This document shows, piece after piece, positions 7,884 through 16,573 of a stretch of 41,351 nt of DNA. The notes below the pieces were generated by a model. The model worked only from the letters and a program-made list of their open reading frames with translations, ran no database searches and was not told the DNA's origin. Origin of the DNA: Gammaproteobacteria bacterium (lineage in GTDB: Bacteria; Pseudomonadota; Gammaproteobacteria; Steroidobacterales; JACDCP01); contig JACDCP010000002.1 of the NCBI GenBank assembly GCA_013817465.1, forward strand, positions 1 to 41,351, written 5' to 3'. The position numbers and the translations under genes were made by a program. The first letter of the stretch is position 1. The number at the start of each line of letters is the position of its first letter.

Positions 7884-9074
7884 CTATTGCTTTCGCCTGC
7901 CGATAAGCTTGAATACGGAGCCGTTGCGCCTATCGGTCAGGTAGAGTTCGCCCGCTGCGTCTTCACCGAAGGAGCTGATCATAAAGTCGGTGTCACGAAG
8001 CAGGACCCGACTGGCAGGCAATGAGGCCTCCGCGCTGATGCTCCAGATTCGTCCAGAGCAAAAATCGCCGAAGAAGTAGCCGCCGGCCAGGACCGGATAA
8101 GCCGAGCCCCGGTACACATAACCGCCGGTGACCGAACAGCCAGCCGCGTGCGAATACTCCGCGATCGGCATCTGCTTTGCCGTCCGGTCGCAGCCGGATT
8201 GCGGCTTGAAGCACAGTTTACCCTCCATGACGGACCAGCCGAAATTCACGCCGCGGCCTGCCGGATCCGGGCCATTGATTGACCGATTGATTTCTTCCCG
8301 TTCTTCCTGGCCAACGTCACCGATCCAGAGGTCGCCCGTCAGCCGGTCGAACGACCATCGCCACGGATTGCGGAAGCCGAAAGACCAGATCTCATCGGCT
8401 CCGGTGCGGCCGACGAAAGGGTTATCGGCCGGGATCCGGTACCCGCTTGGCGGTGACGTGCCATTCACGTCGATCCGCAGGAGCTTGCCATGCAGCGAGG
8501 ACAAATCCTGGGCGCGATTCTCGGGATCTAACGGCCCGCCGCCGTCACCCATGCCGACATACAGGTAGCCTTCCGGCCCGAATGCGAGCTGGCCGCCGTT
8601 GTGGTTTGCGTATGGCTGGTCGACCCGGAGAACGAGCCTCCGCGGCCCCGTGGCCCGGTCGGGATTACTCGATGAGCGGTTGTATTCGGCAACAATGGTG
8701 TTGCCGGCCAGGTTGGTGTAGTTGACGTAGAATTTTCCGTTCGTCGTGTACTCCGGATGGAAGGCGAGTCCGAGCAGTCCTTGCTCACCGCCGCCGGATA
8801 CTGCTCCGACGAGGTTAAGGAAGGGCACCGGCAGAAGCACGCCGTTCTTCACGATCCGGATCCGGCCGATCTGCTCGACGACGAACAGGCGGCTGTCTCC
8901 GGCATGGGTGACGAGCAGCGGGCTCGTCAGCCCGTCAACGACTTTTTGAAAGCTCAGTCTTACGGCAGTGGGATCGTAGGCTGCCGAGGCGGCACCGCAG
9001 GCGGACAGCATCAGGCCGATGAGAATCACACGCACAAACCCACGGCGACGGGAACATGGACTCATATTTTTCAT
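7884..9074 (-). CDS. PQQ-dependent sugar (glucose/sorbosone) dehydrogenase family lipoprotein
   Basis: Lipobox LMLSAC. Motifs GLLGLAFHPEY, NHNGGQLAFGPEGYLYVGMGDGG, GKLLRID, FGFRNPWRWSFD, GDVGQEEREEI and NFGWSVMEG are typical of the soluble PQQ dehydrogenase beta-propeller. Confidence 0.85.
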   Translation of the reverse strand: MKNMSPCSRRRGFVRVILIGLMLSACGAASAAYDPTAVRLSFQKVVDGLTSPLLVTHAGDSRLFVVEQIGRIRIVKNGVLLPVPFLNLVGAVSGGGEQGLLGLAFHPEYTTNGKFYVNYTNLAGNTIVAEYNRSSSNPDRATGPRRLVLRVDQPYANHNGGQLAFGPEGYLYVGMGDGGGPLDPENRAQDLSSLHGKLLRIDVNGTSPPSGYRIPADNPFVGRTGADEIWSFGFRNPWRWSFDRLTGDLWIGDVGQEEREEINRSINGPDPAGRGVNFGWSVMEGKLCFKPQSGCDRTAKQMPIAEYSHAAGCSVTGGYVYRGSAYPVLAGGYFFGDFCSGRIWSISAEASLPASRVLLRDTDFMISSFGEDAAGELYLTDRRNGSVFKLIGRRKQ

Positions 9075-9234
9075 GGCGACTGTCCTTGTGTGTATCGGCT
9101 TATCGTTTCAAAGCACCAGGCTTGTTTCTGGCGGGGTGATGCCCAGATTCGGCAGCGTAGAATCAGGCTCGATATCAGCGGTGAGATCATAACTGACCGC
9201 TTCGACCGCGGCGTTAGGCGACGGAATGGGGGAG

Positions 9235-9744
9235 TCAGATCGCCGGCGGGGGAACGTCGTAGCGGATGGCCTGCACCTCGACATCGATACTCCCGGCCGG
9301 ACGCTGCCAGGTCACGACGTGGCCGACTTGTGCCCCAACCAACGCGCGCGCCAGCGGCGACGCCCAGCTCACCAGACCGCGAGCAGGATCGGCCTCATCC
9401 TCGCCCACGATGCGATAGGTATACGTGCGGCCGTCGTTTTCGGCCAGTGTGACTGTTGCGCCGAAACCGACCTGGTCGCTCGATTGCCCTTCAGCCGTGA
9501 CGAGTCTGGCGCTGGCGATGCGGGCTTGTAGCCACCGAATGTCGCGTTCAGTCCTCGCGCGTTCCTGCATCTGGCCAACCGTGTTATCGCGCATGTCCGC
9601 GGAGCGACGTTGTGTTTCGTTCAACCGCTGCCGGAGATGTGCAAGCCCCTCTGGCGTGACGTAATTCGGCTGCGAACTGATTGGCAGATCGGGCAGGTCT
9701 TCGGGCGAGTCATTGTCCGGTTCCTTGACGAAGGCGCGGCTCAT
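9235..9744 (-). CDS. GreA/GreB-family transcription elongation factor homologue
   Basis: Start chosen at the internal Met (MSRAFVKEPD...). The C-terminal part VGFGATVTL..DGRTYTYRIVGEDEADPARGLVSWASPLARALVGAQVGHVV is the Gre C-terminal domain pattern. The upstream 34 codons of the track ORF look non-coding. Confidence 0.8.
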   Translation of the reverse strand: MSRAFVKEPDNDSPEDLPDLPISSQPNYVTPEGLAHLRQRLNETQRRSADMRDNTVGQMQERARTERDIRWLQARIASARLVTAEGQSSDQVGFGATVTLAENDGRTYTYRIVGEDEADPARGLVSWASPLARALVGAQVGHVVTWQRPAGSIDVEVQAIRYDVPPPAI

Positions 9745-10081
9745 TGGGTACGTTTCCCGTTCAATGGCAACTCTCAGAGCCCGCGCCGGACGAGTAAACA
9801 AGCGTGCGCCGCCAGCGTGTAGATGCGGCGACGAAAGGCGCGACAACTGCCGATGCGAACCAATTTCTTTTTCCCGTCAGCCCTGCTTTGATTCTAGGCG
9901 ATATCCGCACAATTTCCTCCTGCCCGAGCATCACGCATCCCCCGCGAGCTGCTTCCCGGACATGCAGCCGCACGGCCCGGCCTGGACCTTCAGATCGCCA
10001 GGGGCAACGATGATCTGCCGCAGGTACCTGCATCCATGCGAAGATTGATCTATCCGGACGCCTTCCGCGCCGAGGGTCAAA

Positions 10082-10837
10082 ATGTCTGCTGCTCGTCCGG
10101 AACTCGAGTTTCCGTTTCTGTCGTGGCTCGGCGCCGCCGACCCGCGACTCGCCGGTTGGTCGTGGCGACTGATATGGATACCCATCCTGCTGGTGTGCGC
10201 AGACCTCGCCCTGATCGGACTCGATGTCTCCAGGATCTCGTTCGGATTCCCGGTCGGATGGCAGTTTCGCGTCGCCAATGACAGGAGTTATGGGGAGCTC
10301 TTGCAGTACTGCAAAGAGCTGGGGATAGGACTGGCATTCCTCTTGCTGTGCTGGCGACGGCAGTCGGGTATCTATGCTGTCTGGTCGGCGCTTTTTTTGC
10401 TGTTTCTGGCGGACGATGCGCTCAAATTACACGAAGCCGGCGGATCGATTTTCAGCCACAGCTTCGGCGTGGATCCTCGCTGGGGGCTCCGGGCACAGGA
10501 TTTAGGTGAGCTCGCGGTTACAGCGCCCGCGTTCGCCGCCTTCCTTGTGACATTCGTCTGGTTTTATCGAATGGCGGACGGCCGGGCGCGCAGCCTTTCG
10601 CGGGCAATGCTCGTGTTGCTGGCGGGTCTGGTGTTCTTCGGTGTATTCGGCGACATGCTCCATTCCTGGATGTCTTCGCACCGTGAACTGTTCGCGGTAT
10701 TCGAAGATGGTGGGGAGATGCTGGCGATGTCAGCCCTCGCGACCCTTGTTTATTTTGAACTGGTCGGTGCCCCGTGGCGCCGACTCGTTCGCGTTGATGC
10801 GCACAGCTCACTGAAGCATCCGGGGGACTCTCACTAA
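10082..10837 (+). CDS. integral membrane protein (unknown function)
   Basis: 251-aa ORF with 5-6 hydrophobic segments. GAGGG sits 5 nt upstream of the ATG. Confidence 0.55.
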   Translation: MSAARPELEFPFLSWLGAADPRLAGWSWRLIWIPILLVCADLALIGLDVSRISFGFPVGWQFRVANDRSYGELLQYCKELGIGLAFLLLCWRRQSGIYAVWSALFLLFLADDALKLHEAGGSIFSHSFGVDPRWGLRAQDLGELAVTAPAFAAFLVTFVWFYRMADGRARSLSRAMLVLLAGLVFFGVFGDMLHSWMSSHRELFAVFEDGGEMLAMSALATLVYFELVGAPWRRLVRVDAHSSLKHPGDSH

Positions 10838-10838
10838 C

Positions 10839-10865
10839 TCGTCGCACCGGTGAAAGTCGGTGTCC
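10839..10865 (+). repeat. 27-nt hairpin element, copy 1 (7-bp stem, GAAA loop)
   Basis: TCGTCGCACCGGTGAAAGTCGGTGTCC starts 2 nt after the stop of the 10082..10837 CDS. It is 25/27 identical to 33245..33271. Confidence 0.65.
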
Positions 10866-10991
10866 CGATCATTCAAGAGTCTGGATTCCGCGCCCGCTTT
10901 CGCCCAGATGACGGCACCGCAACGACGGACCTTTTTTGATCGGAAATTCCTTCGACAGGCAGCAGTGAGGCGGGCATATTGAGCGTCACGC

Positions 10992-11915
10992 ATGTGCGCA
11001 GTGCGTAGTATCCTGTCGGCAAAAGAACCCACTTGGGGGGCTGAGTTGGGCGATTTGCGTTCGCGCCTCACGGTGCATTGCCGGGACGACGCGCTCGGCC
11101 GTTGGACCGTAGCCTGGTGCCGGCCGCGTCCGGCGCTCGAGCCGTATGTGGCGACGCTCTGGTACGGCGAAGGAGAGGTGCGCTACCAGCGCGACCGTAT
11201 CCTGCCGTCGGCGTGCAGCCACCTGCTGATCAATCTCGGTCCCACCCAGTACCTTGTCGAGCCCGGCCCGCCGGAGCGACGAATACCGTTTGTCGATGTG
11301 TGGTATTCGGGCTTGCACCAGATACCGGTCGACACCGAAGCCCCGCTCGGGAACGCTCTGCTCGGCGTGGCCTTGCGCGCAAGCGGCGGTCGGCCATGGC
11401 TGCACACGGACGCCGACTTGCTCGCGAACCGCGTGCTGCCGCTGGCGGACGTCCTCGGCGACGGCGTGCTGGCGCTGCGCGAGCGTCTGCTCGAAGCCCG
11501 CGGCATCGAGGCCCGCTTCGACCTGGTCGAACGCTGGATGGTGACGCGTCTCGACTCGCGCCACCGCGTCCACGCGAGCGTGTGCTCGGCGTTGCAGCGC
11601 ATCGAGAGCTGCGGCGGGAGACTGACCGTCGAGGAGCTGGCCCGGGAGTCGGGCATCAGCCGCAAACGGTTGAGCCGGCTGTTTCGCTGCCAGACCGGGC
11701 TGACGCCGAAGGCCCTCGCTCGCGTGCTTCGCTTCAAGAGTGCGATTGGCCTGCTCACCAAGGTCGAGCGCGTGCCCTGGGTCGAGCTGGCCGCGCATTG
11801 CGGCTATTACGATCAGTCGCACCTGATCCGCGACTTCCGCGCATTCAGCGGCTACGCGCCCGGAGAGTTTCTGCGTCACGCGAGGCCGGACGGCGACAGC
11901 ATGGTAGTGAGGTGA
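10992..11915 (+). CDS. AraC-family transcriptional regulator
   Basis: C-terminal double HTH: LTVEELARESGISRKRLSRLFRCQTGLTPKALARVLRF ... AAHCGYYDQSHLIRDFRAFSGYAPGEF. The exact start is uncertain. Confidence 0.85.
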   Translation: MCAVRSILSAKEPTWGAELGDLRSRLTVHCRDDALGRWTVAWCRPRPALEPYVATLWYGEGEVRYQRDRILPSACSHLLINLGPTQYLVEPGPPERRIPFVDVWYSGLHQIPVDTEAPLGNALLGVALRASGGRPWLHTDADLLANRVLPLADVLGDGVLALRERLLEARGIEARFDLVERWMVTRLDSRHRVHASVCSALQRIESCGGRLTVEELARESGISRKRLSRLFRCQTGLTPKALARVLRFKSAIGLLTKVERVPWVELAAHCGYYDQSHLIRDFRAFSGYAPGEFLRHARPDGDSMVVR

Positions 11916-11990
11916 CATTTTTCCAAGATCGGCGGTCGGCCCGGGTCCATGCTTACGCTGCCCGGACAAAAACCTCGGAGGGGCCGGAGA

Positions 11991-12395
11991 ATGCCTGAAA
12001 TCAATCTGTGGGCCGTGCTCGTGGCGGCGCTGGCGAGCTTCGTGCTCGGCGGCCTGTGGTACTCGCCGGTGCTGTTCGGCAAGGCCTGGCAGCGGGAAAC
12101 GGGACTCACCGACGAGCGCCTGAAAGCAGGCAACATGGGGCTGATCTTCAGCCTGAGCTTCTTGATCAGCCTCGCCGCGGCCTTTGTCTTCGCACTGTTC
12201 CTCGGCCCGCGTCCGTCGCTGGCGCTCGGGCTGGGCGCGGGTGCTTCGGCCGGGCTGTTCTGGGTGGCTGGCAGCTTCGGCATCAACTATCTGTTCGAGC
12301 GCAAGTCGCTCAAGCTGTTCTTTATCAACGGCGGCTATCACGCGCTTCAGTTCACCGCGATCGGACTGATCCTGGCTCTGTGGCCGGATACCTGA
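11991..12395 (+). CDS. DUF1761-family membrane protein
   Basis: ATG 11991 (MPEINLWAVLVAALASFVLGGLWYSPVLFGKAW...). This N-terminal pattern and the 4 TM segments match DUF1761. Confidence 0.75.
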   Translation: MPEINLWAVLVAALASFVLGGLWYSPVLFGKAWQRETGLTDERLKAGNMGLIFSLSFLISLAAAFVFALFLGPRPSLALGLGAGASAGLFWVAGSFGINYLFERKSLKLFFINGGYHALQFTAIGLILALWPDT

Positions 12396-12594
12396 AAGCG
12401 AAACTGGAGGCGCCCTGAACCCCGGCGTTCCCGACGTTCTGGAACGAGACATGAGAAAAGCGCCGGCTGGCAGGAGATGTGGACGCTGCGCTATCGCCGC
12501 GTGGATGCGCCCGGGCCGCCCGCGACGCCGTAGTCGCAACGAAACCCCGGTCCGCGCGAGCGGGCGGGAGAATCGGACAACCGTTCGGTCGGAC

Positions 12595-12780
12595 CTATCT
12601 GGCGATCAGTCGTTCGAGCTGTCCGGATAGCACGATCCCTGCCGCGACGACGGCGACGACGCCCAGTAAGGCGGGGAACGCGAGATAGATCGAAATTGTC
12701 AGCGCGATGTAGGATGCCGCAAGCGCGGCGAAGGAAAAAAGCTGCAACCCGGCCGGGTTGAATAGTCCGGTCTGAGGCAT
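12595..12780 (-). CDS. small two-TM membrane protein (hypothetical)
   Basis: 61-aa hydrophobic ORF from internal Met MPQTGLF.... GGGAGGG lies 7 nt upstream of that ATG on the minus strand. Confidence 0.45.
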   Translation of the reverse strand: MPQTGLFNPAGLQLFSFAALAASYIALTISIYLAFPALLGVVAVVAAGIVLSGQLERLIAR

Positions 12781-12910
12781 GGTGCACCCTCCCAGCGTGC
12801 ATTGTCCGTGCTTGTTGACCACCCGTATCCCCGGCGGATGTTGGGCTGACTATTTACCATAATCCGGTGGAAATGGCGACCTCGAAAATCGAGCGAACCG
12901 GGAATCGAAA

Positions 12911-13070
12911 AGGTGCCGCGGAAAGGTGTCGGGCACCTAACAGGATGTTGAAAAAGCCATCCATGGCTTTTTCAACGCTGCGATCCGAAAAGTGTGATTT
13001 TCGGATCGCGAGCATTTTCAAGAACTTGCAGTTCTGCTAATTCCTAAAATGGACTAGGTGCCCGGCACCT
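12911..13070. repeat. cluster of five consecutive hairpins/palindromes downstream of the natB-like gene
   Basis: AGGTGCC-N14-GGCACCT (12911..12938). GTTGAAAAAGCCAT-cc-ATGGCTTTTTCAAC (12947..12976, 14-nt perfect arms). GCGATCCGAAAA-gtgtga-TTTTCGGATCGC (12980..13009, 12-bp stem). AGAACT-tgc-AGTTCT (13021..13035). AGGTGCC-c-GGCACCT (13056..13070). The first and last use the same 7-nt arms. Confidence 0.7.
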
Positions 13071-13074
13071 GTAT

Positions 13075-14256
13075 TCAGCCGAGGATGCCTTCTCGGCGAT
13101 AGAGGCGAGCCGCAAGCCAGCCGAGCGCCGCGCCGAGCAGCAGCGTGCTGGTGGCCGATACGGCGAACCACAACGGGTCGATCGGCTCGTTCTTGATCAG
13201 GTCCGTCACCAGCAGGTGCTGACTCAGCGAAGGCACGGCCATGAGCGCGAGGCTGGGTTTGAGCGTGAACACGGCCGCGACGATGATGGGCAAGGTCGGC
13301 ACGAGCAGCACCACGCTCAACCAGGTCTGCGCCTCCTTGTAGCTTTTCGTGAATGACGCCACGACGGTCATGAGCGCTGCGCCGAGCGGCACGAAGGGCA
13401 GCAGGACGAAAAACGCGCCGACGGCGACCGCCGGACCGAAGTTCGCGACCATGCCCAGCTCCTTGAGCGGGACGAAGCGCAAGCTCACGGCGAAGGCAAA
13501 CAGAGTCAACGCGAGCGAGAACGCCATGTAGAAGCAGGTCGCCAGAATCTTGCCGACGATCAGGGTCGCGCGTGTCGCCGGCAGCGTCAGCAGGGGCTCG
13601 AGCGAACCGCGCTCGCGTTCGCCTGCGGTAGTATCGATGGCGAGATACATGCCGCCCATGAGCATGGCGAACAGCACGAAATACGTCATCATGCCGAGCA
13701 CCAGCACGGAACGTCCGGCCGGCGTCGAAACGTCGACGTTCTGCAGCGCAAGCGGCTTGACGGTTGTCCAGTCGACGCCGCGTGCCTGCAGGCGCAACAG
13801 GCCGACCTGCGTGCTGTAGGTTTCGAGCAGTGCGCCCGCCCGAACCACGTCCTTGGCTGCCCGGCTGCTGGAGCTGTCCGACACGAGCGCGATGGCAGCG
13901 GGCGCGCCGGCATTCCAGGCCGCGGCAAAACCCTCCGGAATGATCAGCGCGACAGCATGCTCCCCGGCCTTGATGGCCGCCTCGACGCCGGCGCGGTCGT
14001 TGGCTGCCTGCAGTATGTCGGTGCCATTCGCTTTCAGATAAGCGATCAGGTTGGGCGCCTGCTCGGCGCCGAGCACCGGGAGCTCGAGCGGCTCATCGAG
14101 CTCGGCGACGGTTTCGCTGAGCATGAAGCTGATGAGGCCTGCGAATAGCAGAGGTCCGAACAGTGGGCCGAACAGCAGCGCCGAGTACAGCGTGCGGCGG
14201 TCGCGCAGGTTGTCGACGACTTCCTTGCGAAATACCGTCAGCAGAGGCGCCCTCAC
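13075..14256 (-). CDS. ABC-2 type exporter permease (NatB-like)
   Basis: GTG start at 14254..14256 overlaps the TGA of the upstream ATPase gene (GTGA). Reads VRAPLLTVFRKEVVDNLRDRRTLYS... with a large extracytoplasmic loop followed by 5 C-terminal TM segments, as in NatB. The 5-prime half of track ORF 13075..15186 is an out-of-frame shadow over the ATPase gene. Confidence 0.8.
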   Translation of the reverse strand: MRAPLLTVFRKEVVDNLRDRRTLYSALLFGPLFGPLLFAGLISFMLSETVAELDEPLELPVLGAEQAPNLIAYLKANGTDILQAANDRAGVEAAIKAGEHAVALIIPEGFAAAWNAGAPAAIALVSDSSSSRAAKDVVRAGALLETYSTQVGLLRLQARGVDWTTVKPLALQNVDVSTPAGRSVLVLGMMTYFVLFAMLMGGMYLAIDTTAGERERGSLEPLLTLPATRATLIVGKILATCFYMAFSLALTLFAFAVSLRFVPLKELGMVANFGPAVAVGAFFVLLPFVPLGAALMTVVASFTKSYKEAQTWLSVVLLVPTLPIIVAAVFTLKPSLALMAVPSLSQHLLVTDLIKNEPIDPLWFAVSATSTLLLGAALGWLAARLYRREGILG

Positions 14257-14984
14257 TCGAGGCCCTCGGCACTGCCGATCGCCTTGACGAAGGCCTCCTC
14301 GAGGTTGGCTTCGCCGGCTTGGGCGCGGATAGCGTCCGGCGTGCCGGAAGCGACGACGCGCCCGTGCGCGATAATGACGATGTCGTCGCAGAGTGCGGCG
14401 ACTTCCTGCATGACATGGCTGGAGAACAGCACACACTTCCCCGCTTCGCGCAGGCGCCGGATCAGCTCGCGCAACGAGCGGGTCGCCATGACGTCCAGGC
14501 CATTGGAGGGCTCGTCGAGCAGCACGTTCTGCGGCTCGTGCACCAGCGCGCGGGCGAGCGCGGTCTTGGTGCGTTGCCCCTGCGAGAATCCCCTGGCGCG
14601 GCGATCGGCGAACTCGCGCAGGTCCAGCAGATCGGCAAGCGCATCGACGCGACTGTCGAGTTCCTGTCCGGAAAGTCCGTGCATGCGCCCGAAATAGGCG
14701 ATGTTTTCGCGCGCCGTGAGGTTCGGATAAAGGCCAGCGCCGTGCGGCAGCACGCCGATGCGGCGCCGTACCTCGAGCGGTGTTTCCGCCGCATCGAAGC
14801 CGTCCACCCGCGCGGAGCCCGCTGCCGGTTCGAGCACCGTGTAGAGGATACGCAGGGTCGTCGACTTGCCGGCGCCATTCGGTCCCAGCAAGCCCGTGAT
14901 GCGCCCGTCGGAAGCCGTGAAGGAAACGCCGTCGAGCGCGCGCACGGCGCCGAACGACTTGCTTAAGGCACGCACCTCTATCAA
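14253..14984 (-). CDS. ABC transporter ATP-binding protein (NatA-like)
   Basis: Walker A GPNGAGKST, signature FSQGQRTK, Walker B VLLDEPSNGLD, H-loop SSHVM. Proposed TTG start at 14982..14984 overlaps the upstream hydrolase stop (TTGA). The start is uncertain within a few codons. Confidence 0.85.
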   Translation of the reverse strand: MIEVRALSKSFGAVRALDGVSFTASDGRITGLLGPNGAGKSTTLRILYTVLEPAAGSARVDGFDAAETPLEVRRRIGVLPHGAGLYPNLTARENIAYFGRMHGLSGQELDSRVDALADLLDLREFADRRARGFSQGQRTKTALARALVHEPQNVLLDEPSNGLDVMATRSLRELIRRLREAGKCVLFSSHVMQEVAALCDDIVIIAHGRVVASGTPDAIRAQAGEANLEEAFVKAIGSAEGLE

Positions 14985-16468
14985 GGCGCCGGACCGGTGA
15001 AGCTGATGAAGAATGGCGCCGGGCGGAGGCTCTCGACGCAATCGGTATCGAGCGCCTCGACCGAGGCTCGAGCGACGAACTTCGCCATGAGCCGCGGCAC
15101 GCAACCAAGGGCTGCGATGCCATGGCCCTGGCCTTCAGCCTCGATCGCCAGCGCATTTTCCAGATGTTGCGCCACATGACGAGCATTCGCCGGCGGCGTC
15201 ACGGGGTCTGCAGTTCCGGAGAGCAGAAGGACCGGCCTGTCCGAGGCAACGGGCGACTTGAAGCCCTCGTCGATGAGACCGGCTGGCCACAGCGCGCAGA
15301 TTTCCAGCAAGGCGTCGAGCTGCGAGGCGCCGAGATAGGTGCCCTCGAGCGCATCGCGGTCGATGGCGCCGGGATCGTAGAACGGCACGTCTTCGGTGCA
15401 CACGACGGCGTTGTGCATGCCGTAACTCAAGGATTCCTCGAGCTGTTCGCTGACCATCAGCACCTGCGCGGCGAGCGGCGTGAAGTCCTGGCGATGGAAG
15501 GCGTGATGCAGCAGCAGCGGCAGGAAGGACACCGACTCCGAGGTATAGCTCAGCAGGCGTACGGCAACCGCGAGGTCCTGCGCGCTGAAATCGGTCCGGC
15601 GCGGGAGCGCCGTCACGGGATCAGGCAGCTCGACCTGCACGGCGCTCGTATCGAGCCGTTCGCGCATGGTTGCGAACGCGGTGGCGAGATCCGGGAAATG
15701 CGCGGCGCAGGCGTCGTCCGCTGCGCAGCGCCGGAAGATGCTCTCCAGCGCCGCCTGCGCATCGAGCGAGATCTCGGGGCCGAGCGCGGTATCCATCGGC
15801 ACCACGCCGTCGAGGATCACGCTGCGGGTGCGCTCGGGAAATCGTCGCAGATAATGCTGAACGACGCGTGTGCCGTAAGAAACACCGTACAGGTTCAAGC
15901 TGGAATAGCCGAGGGCGGCGCGCACCCGGTTCAGATCCTCGACAGCGACGCTGGTCGTGTAGAAGCGCGGATCGCCGGTGAGCCCTGCGAGACATTCCCG
16001 GGTCGCAGCGCGCATGACGGCCGGCGTAATGTCCTCGGACTCGAGCTCCTGCTGGGCCGGGCAATCGAGCGCGTTGGATCGGCCTGTGCCGCGCTGATCC
16101 ACGAGCAGGATGTCGCGCTCCCGCCGTATGGCTTCGAAGGCGCCGGCGTAGTCGGCGAAAAACTCGCTCGACGCCTGGCCGGGGCCGCCGGCAATAACGG
16201 TCAACGCGTCCCCCGGTGGGTCCAGGCTCAAGGCGCGTACCCGCGCTATGAAGAGCTCGATGTGCCGGCCGTCCGGCTCGGCGGGATTTTCCGGAACACT
16301 CAGGGTGCCGCAGTGGGCCGCGACCGCGGTGAGGCCGCTTGCGCCGCGCAACGTGCAGTCTTCGAGGCGAAAATTTGCTGAAACAGCGGCAGGATCGTCG
16401 GCCGGCGAGCTGCAGCCGTTCGCGAACGCGAGCAACAAGGCGAATGACAGCGGAATCTGCGGCCGCAT
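14981..16468 (-). CDS. alpha/beta-hydrolase lipoprotein (TAP-like / S33 aminopeptidase family)
   Basis: Start at internal Met MRPQIPLSFALLLAFANGCS (lipobox). GGPGQAS oxyanion region, nucleophile elbow GVSYGT, and a C-terminal TAP-like region with GTADPVTP and GQGHG. Confidence 0.8.
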   Translation of the reverse strand: MRPQIPLSFALLLAFANGCSSPADDPAAVSANFRLEDCTLRGASGLTAVAAHCGTLSVPENPAEPDGRHIELFIARVRALSLDPPGDALTVIAGGPGQASSEFFADYAGAFEAIRRERDILLVDQRGTGRSNALDCPAQQELESEDITPAVMRAATRECLAGLTGDPRFYTTSVAVEDLNRVRAALGYSSLNLYGVSYGTRVVQHYLRRFPERTRSVILDGVVPMDTALGPEISLDAQAALESIFRRCAADDACAAHFPDLATAFATMRERLDTSAVQVELPDPVTALPRRTDFSAQDLAVAVRLLSYTSESVSFLPLLLHHAFHRQDFTPLAAQVLMVSEQLEESLSYGMHNAVVCTEDVPFYDPGAIDRDALEGTYLGASQLDALLEICALWPAGLIDEGFKSPVASDRPVLLLSGTADPVTPPANARHVAQHLENALAIEAEGQGHGIAALGCVPRLMAKFVARASVEALDTDCVESLRPAPFFISFTGPAP

Positions 16469-16573
16469 CAAGGTTCCGGCGGTAGGGGAGCAGCTATGGT
16501 CGCCGCGCGCAGGAGCCATGTAAAGCGACCATTGGCGATATAATCGCCGCCCTTGCACATTTCCGGGTCATCC

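Noticed and set aside
10020-10031. 12-bp perfect palindrome GCAGGTACCTGC upstream of the 10082 membrane-protein gene
   Set aside because: It is short, single-copy and contains a KpnI-type site. It could be a regulator site, but nothing else supports that.
10332-10347. Second sigma-54-like motif, TGGCAT-N5-TTGCT
   Set aside because: It lies inside the 10082..10837 membrane-protein CDS with no downstream start codon it could serve, so it is probably fortuitous.
10986-12539. 517-aa minus-strand ORF, the longest unexplained ORF in this region
   Set aside because: It runs antisense to the AraC regulator and DUF1761 genes. It is Arg/Ala/Pro/Gly-rich with no recognisable motif. This is the typical shadow ORF of a high-G+C genome.
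13017-13025. Recurring word TTCAAGA(A/G) next to several hairpins (10872..10879, 13017..13025, complement at 33274..33283, 38190 region)
   Set aside because: A 7-8-mer is expected several times by chance in 41 kb on two strands. It is not treated as part of the repeat family without genome-wide counts.
13075-15186. 703-aa ORF suggesting one large fused protein
   Set aside because: Only the C-terminal 393 aa (from GTG 14256) read as a NatB-like permease. The N-terminal half is an out-of-frame read-through across the natA-like ATPase gene, which is encoded in another frame of the same strand.
16534-16548. Palindrome GGCGAT-ata-ATCGCC containing TATAAT in the hydrolase/mnmG divergent intergenic region
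   Set aside because: It could be the mnmG -10 box or an operator, but no acceptable -35 hexamer lies at 16-18 nt spacing. It is too weak to annotate.
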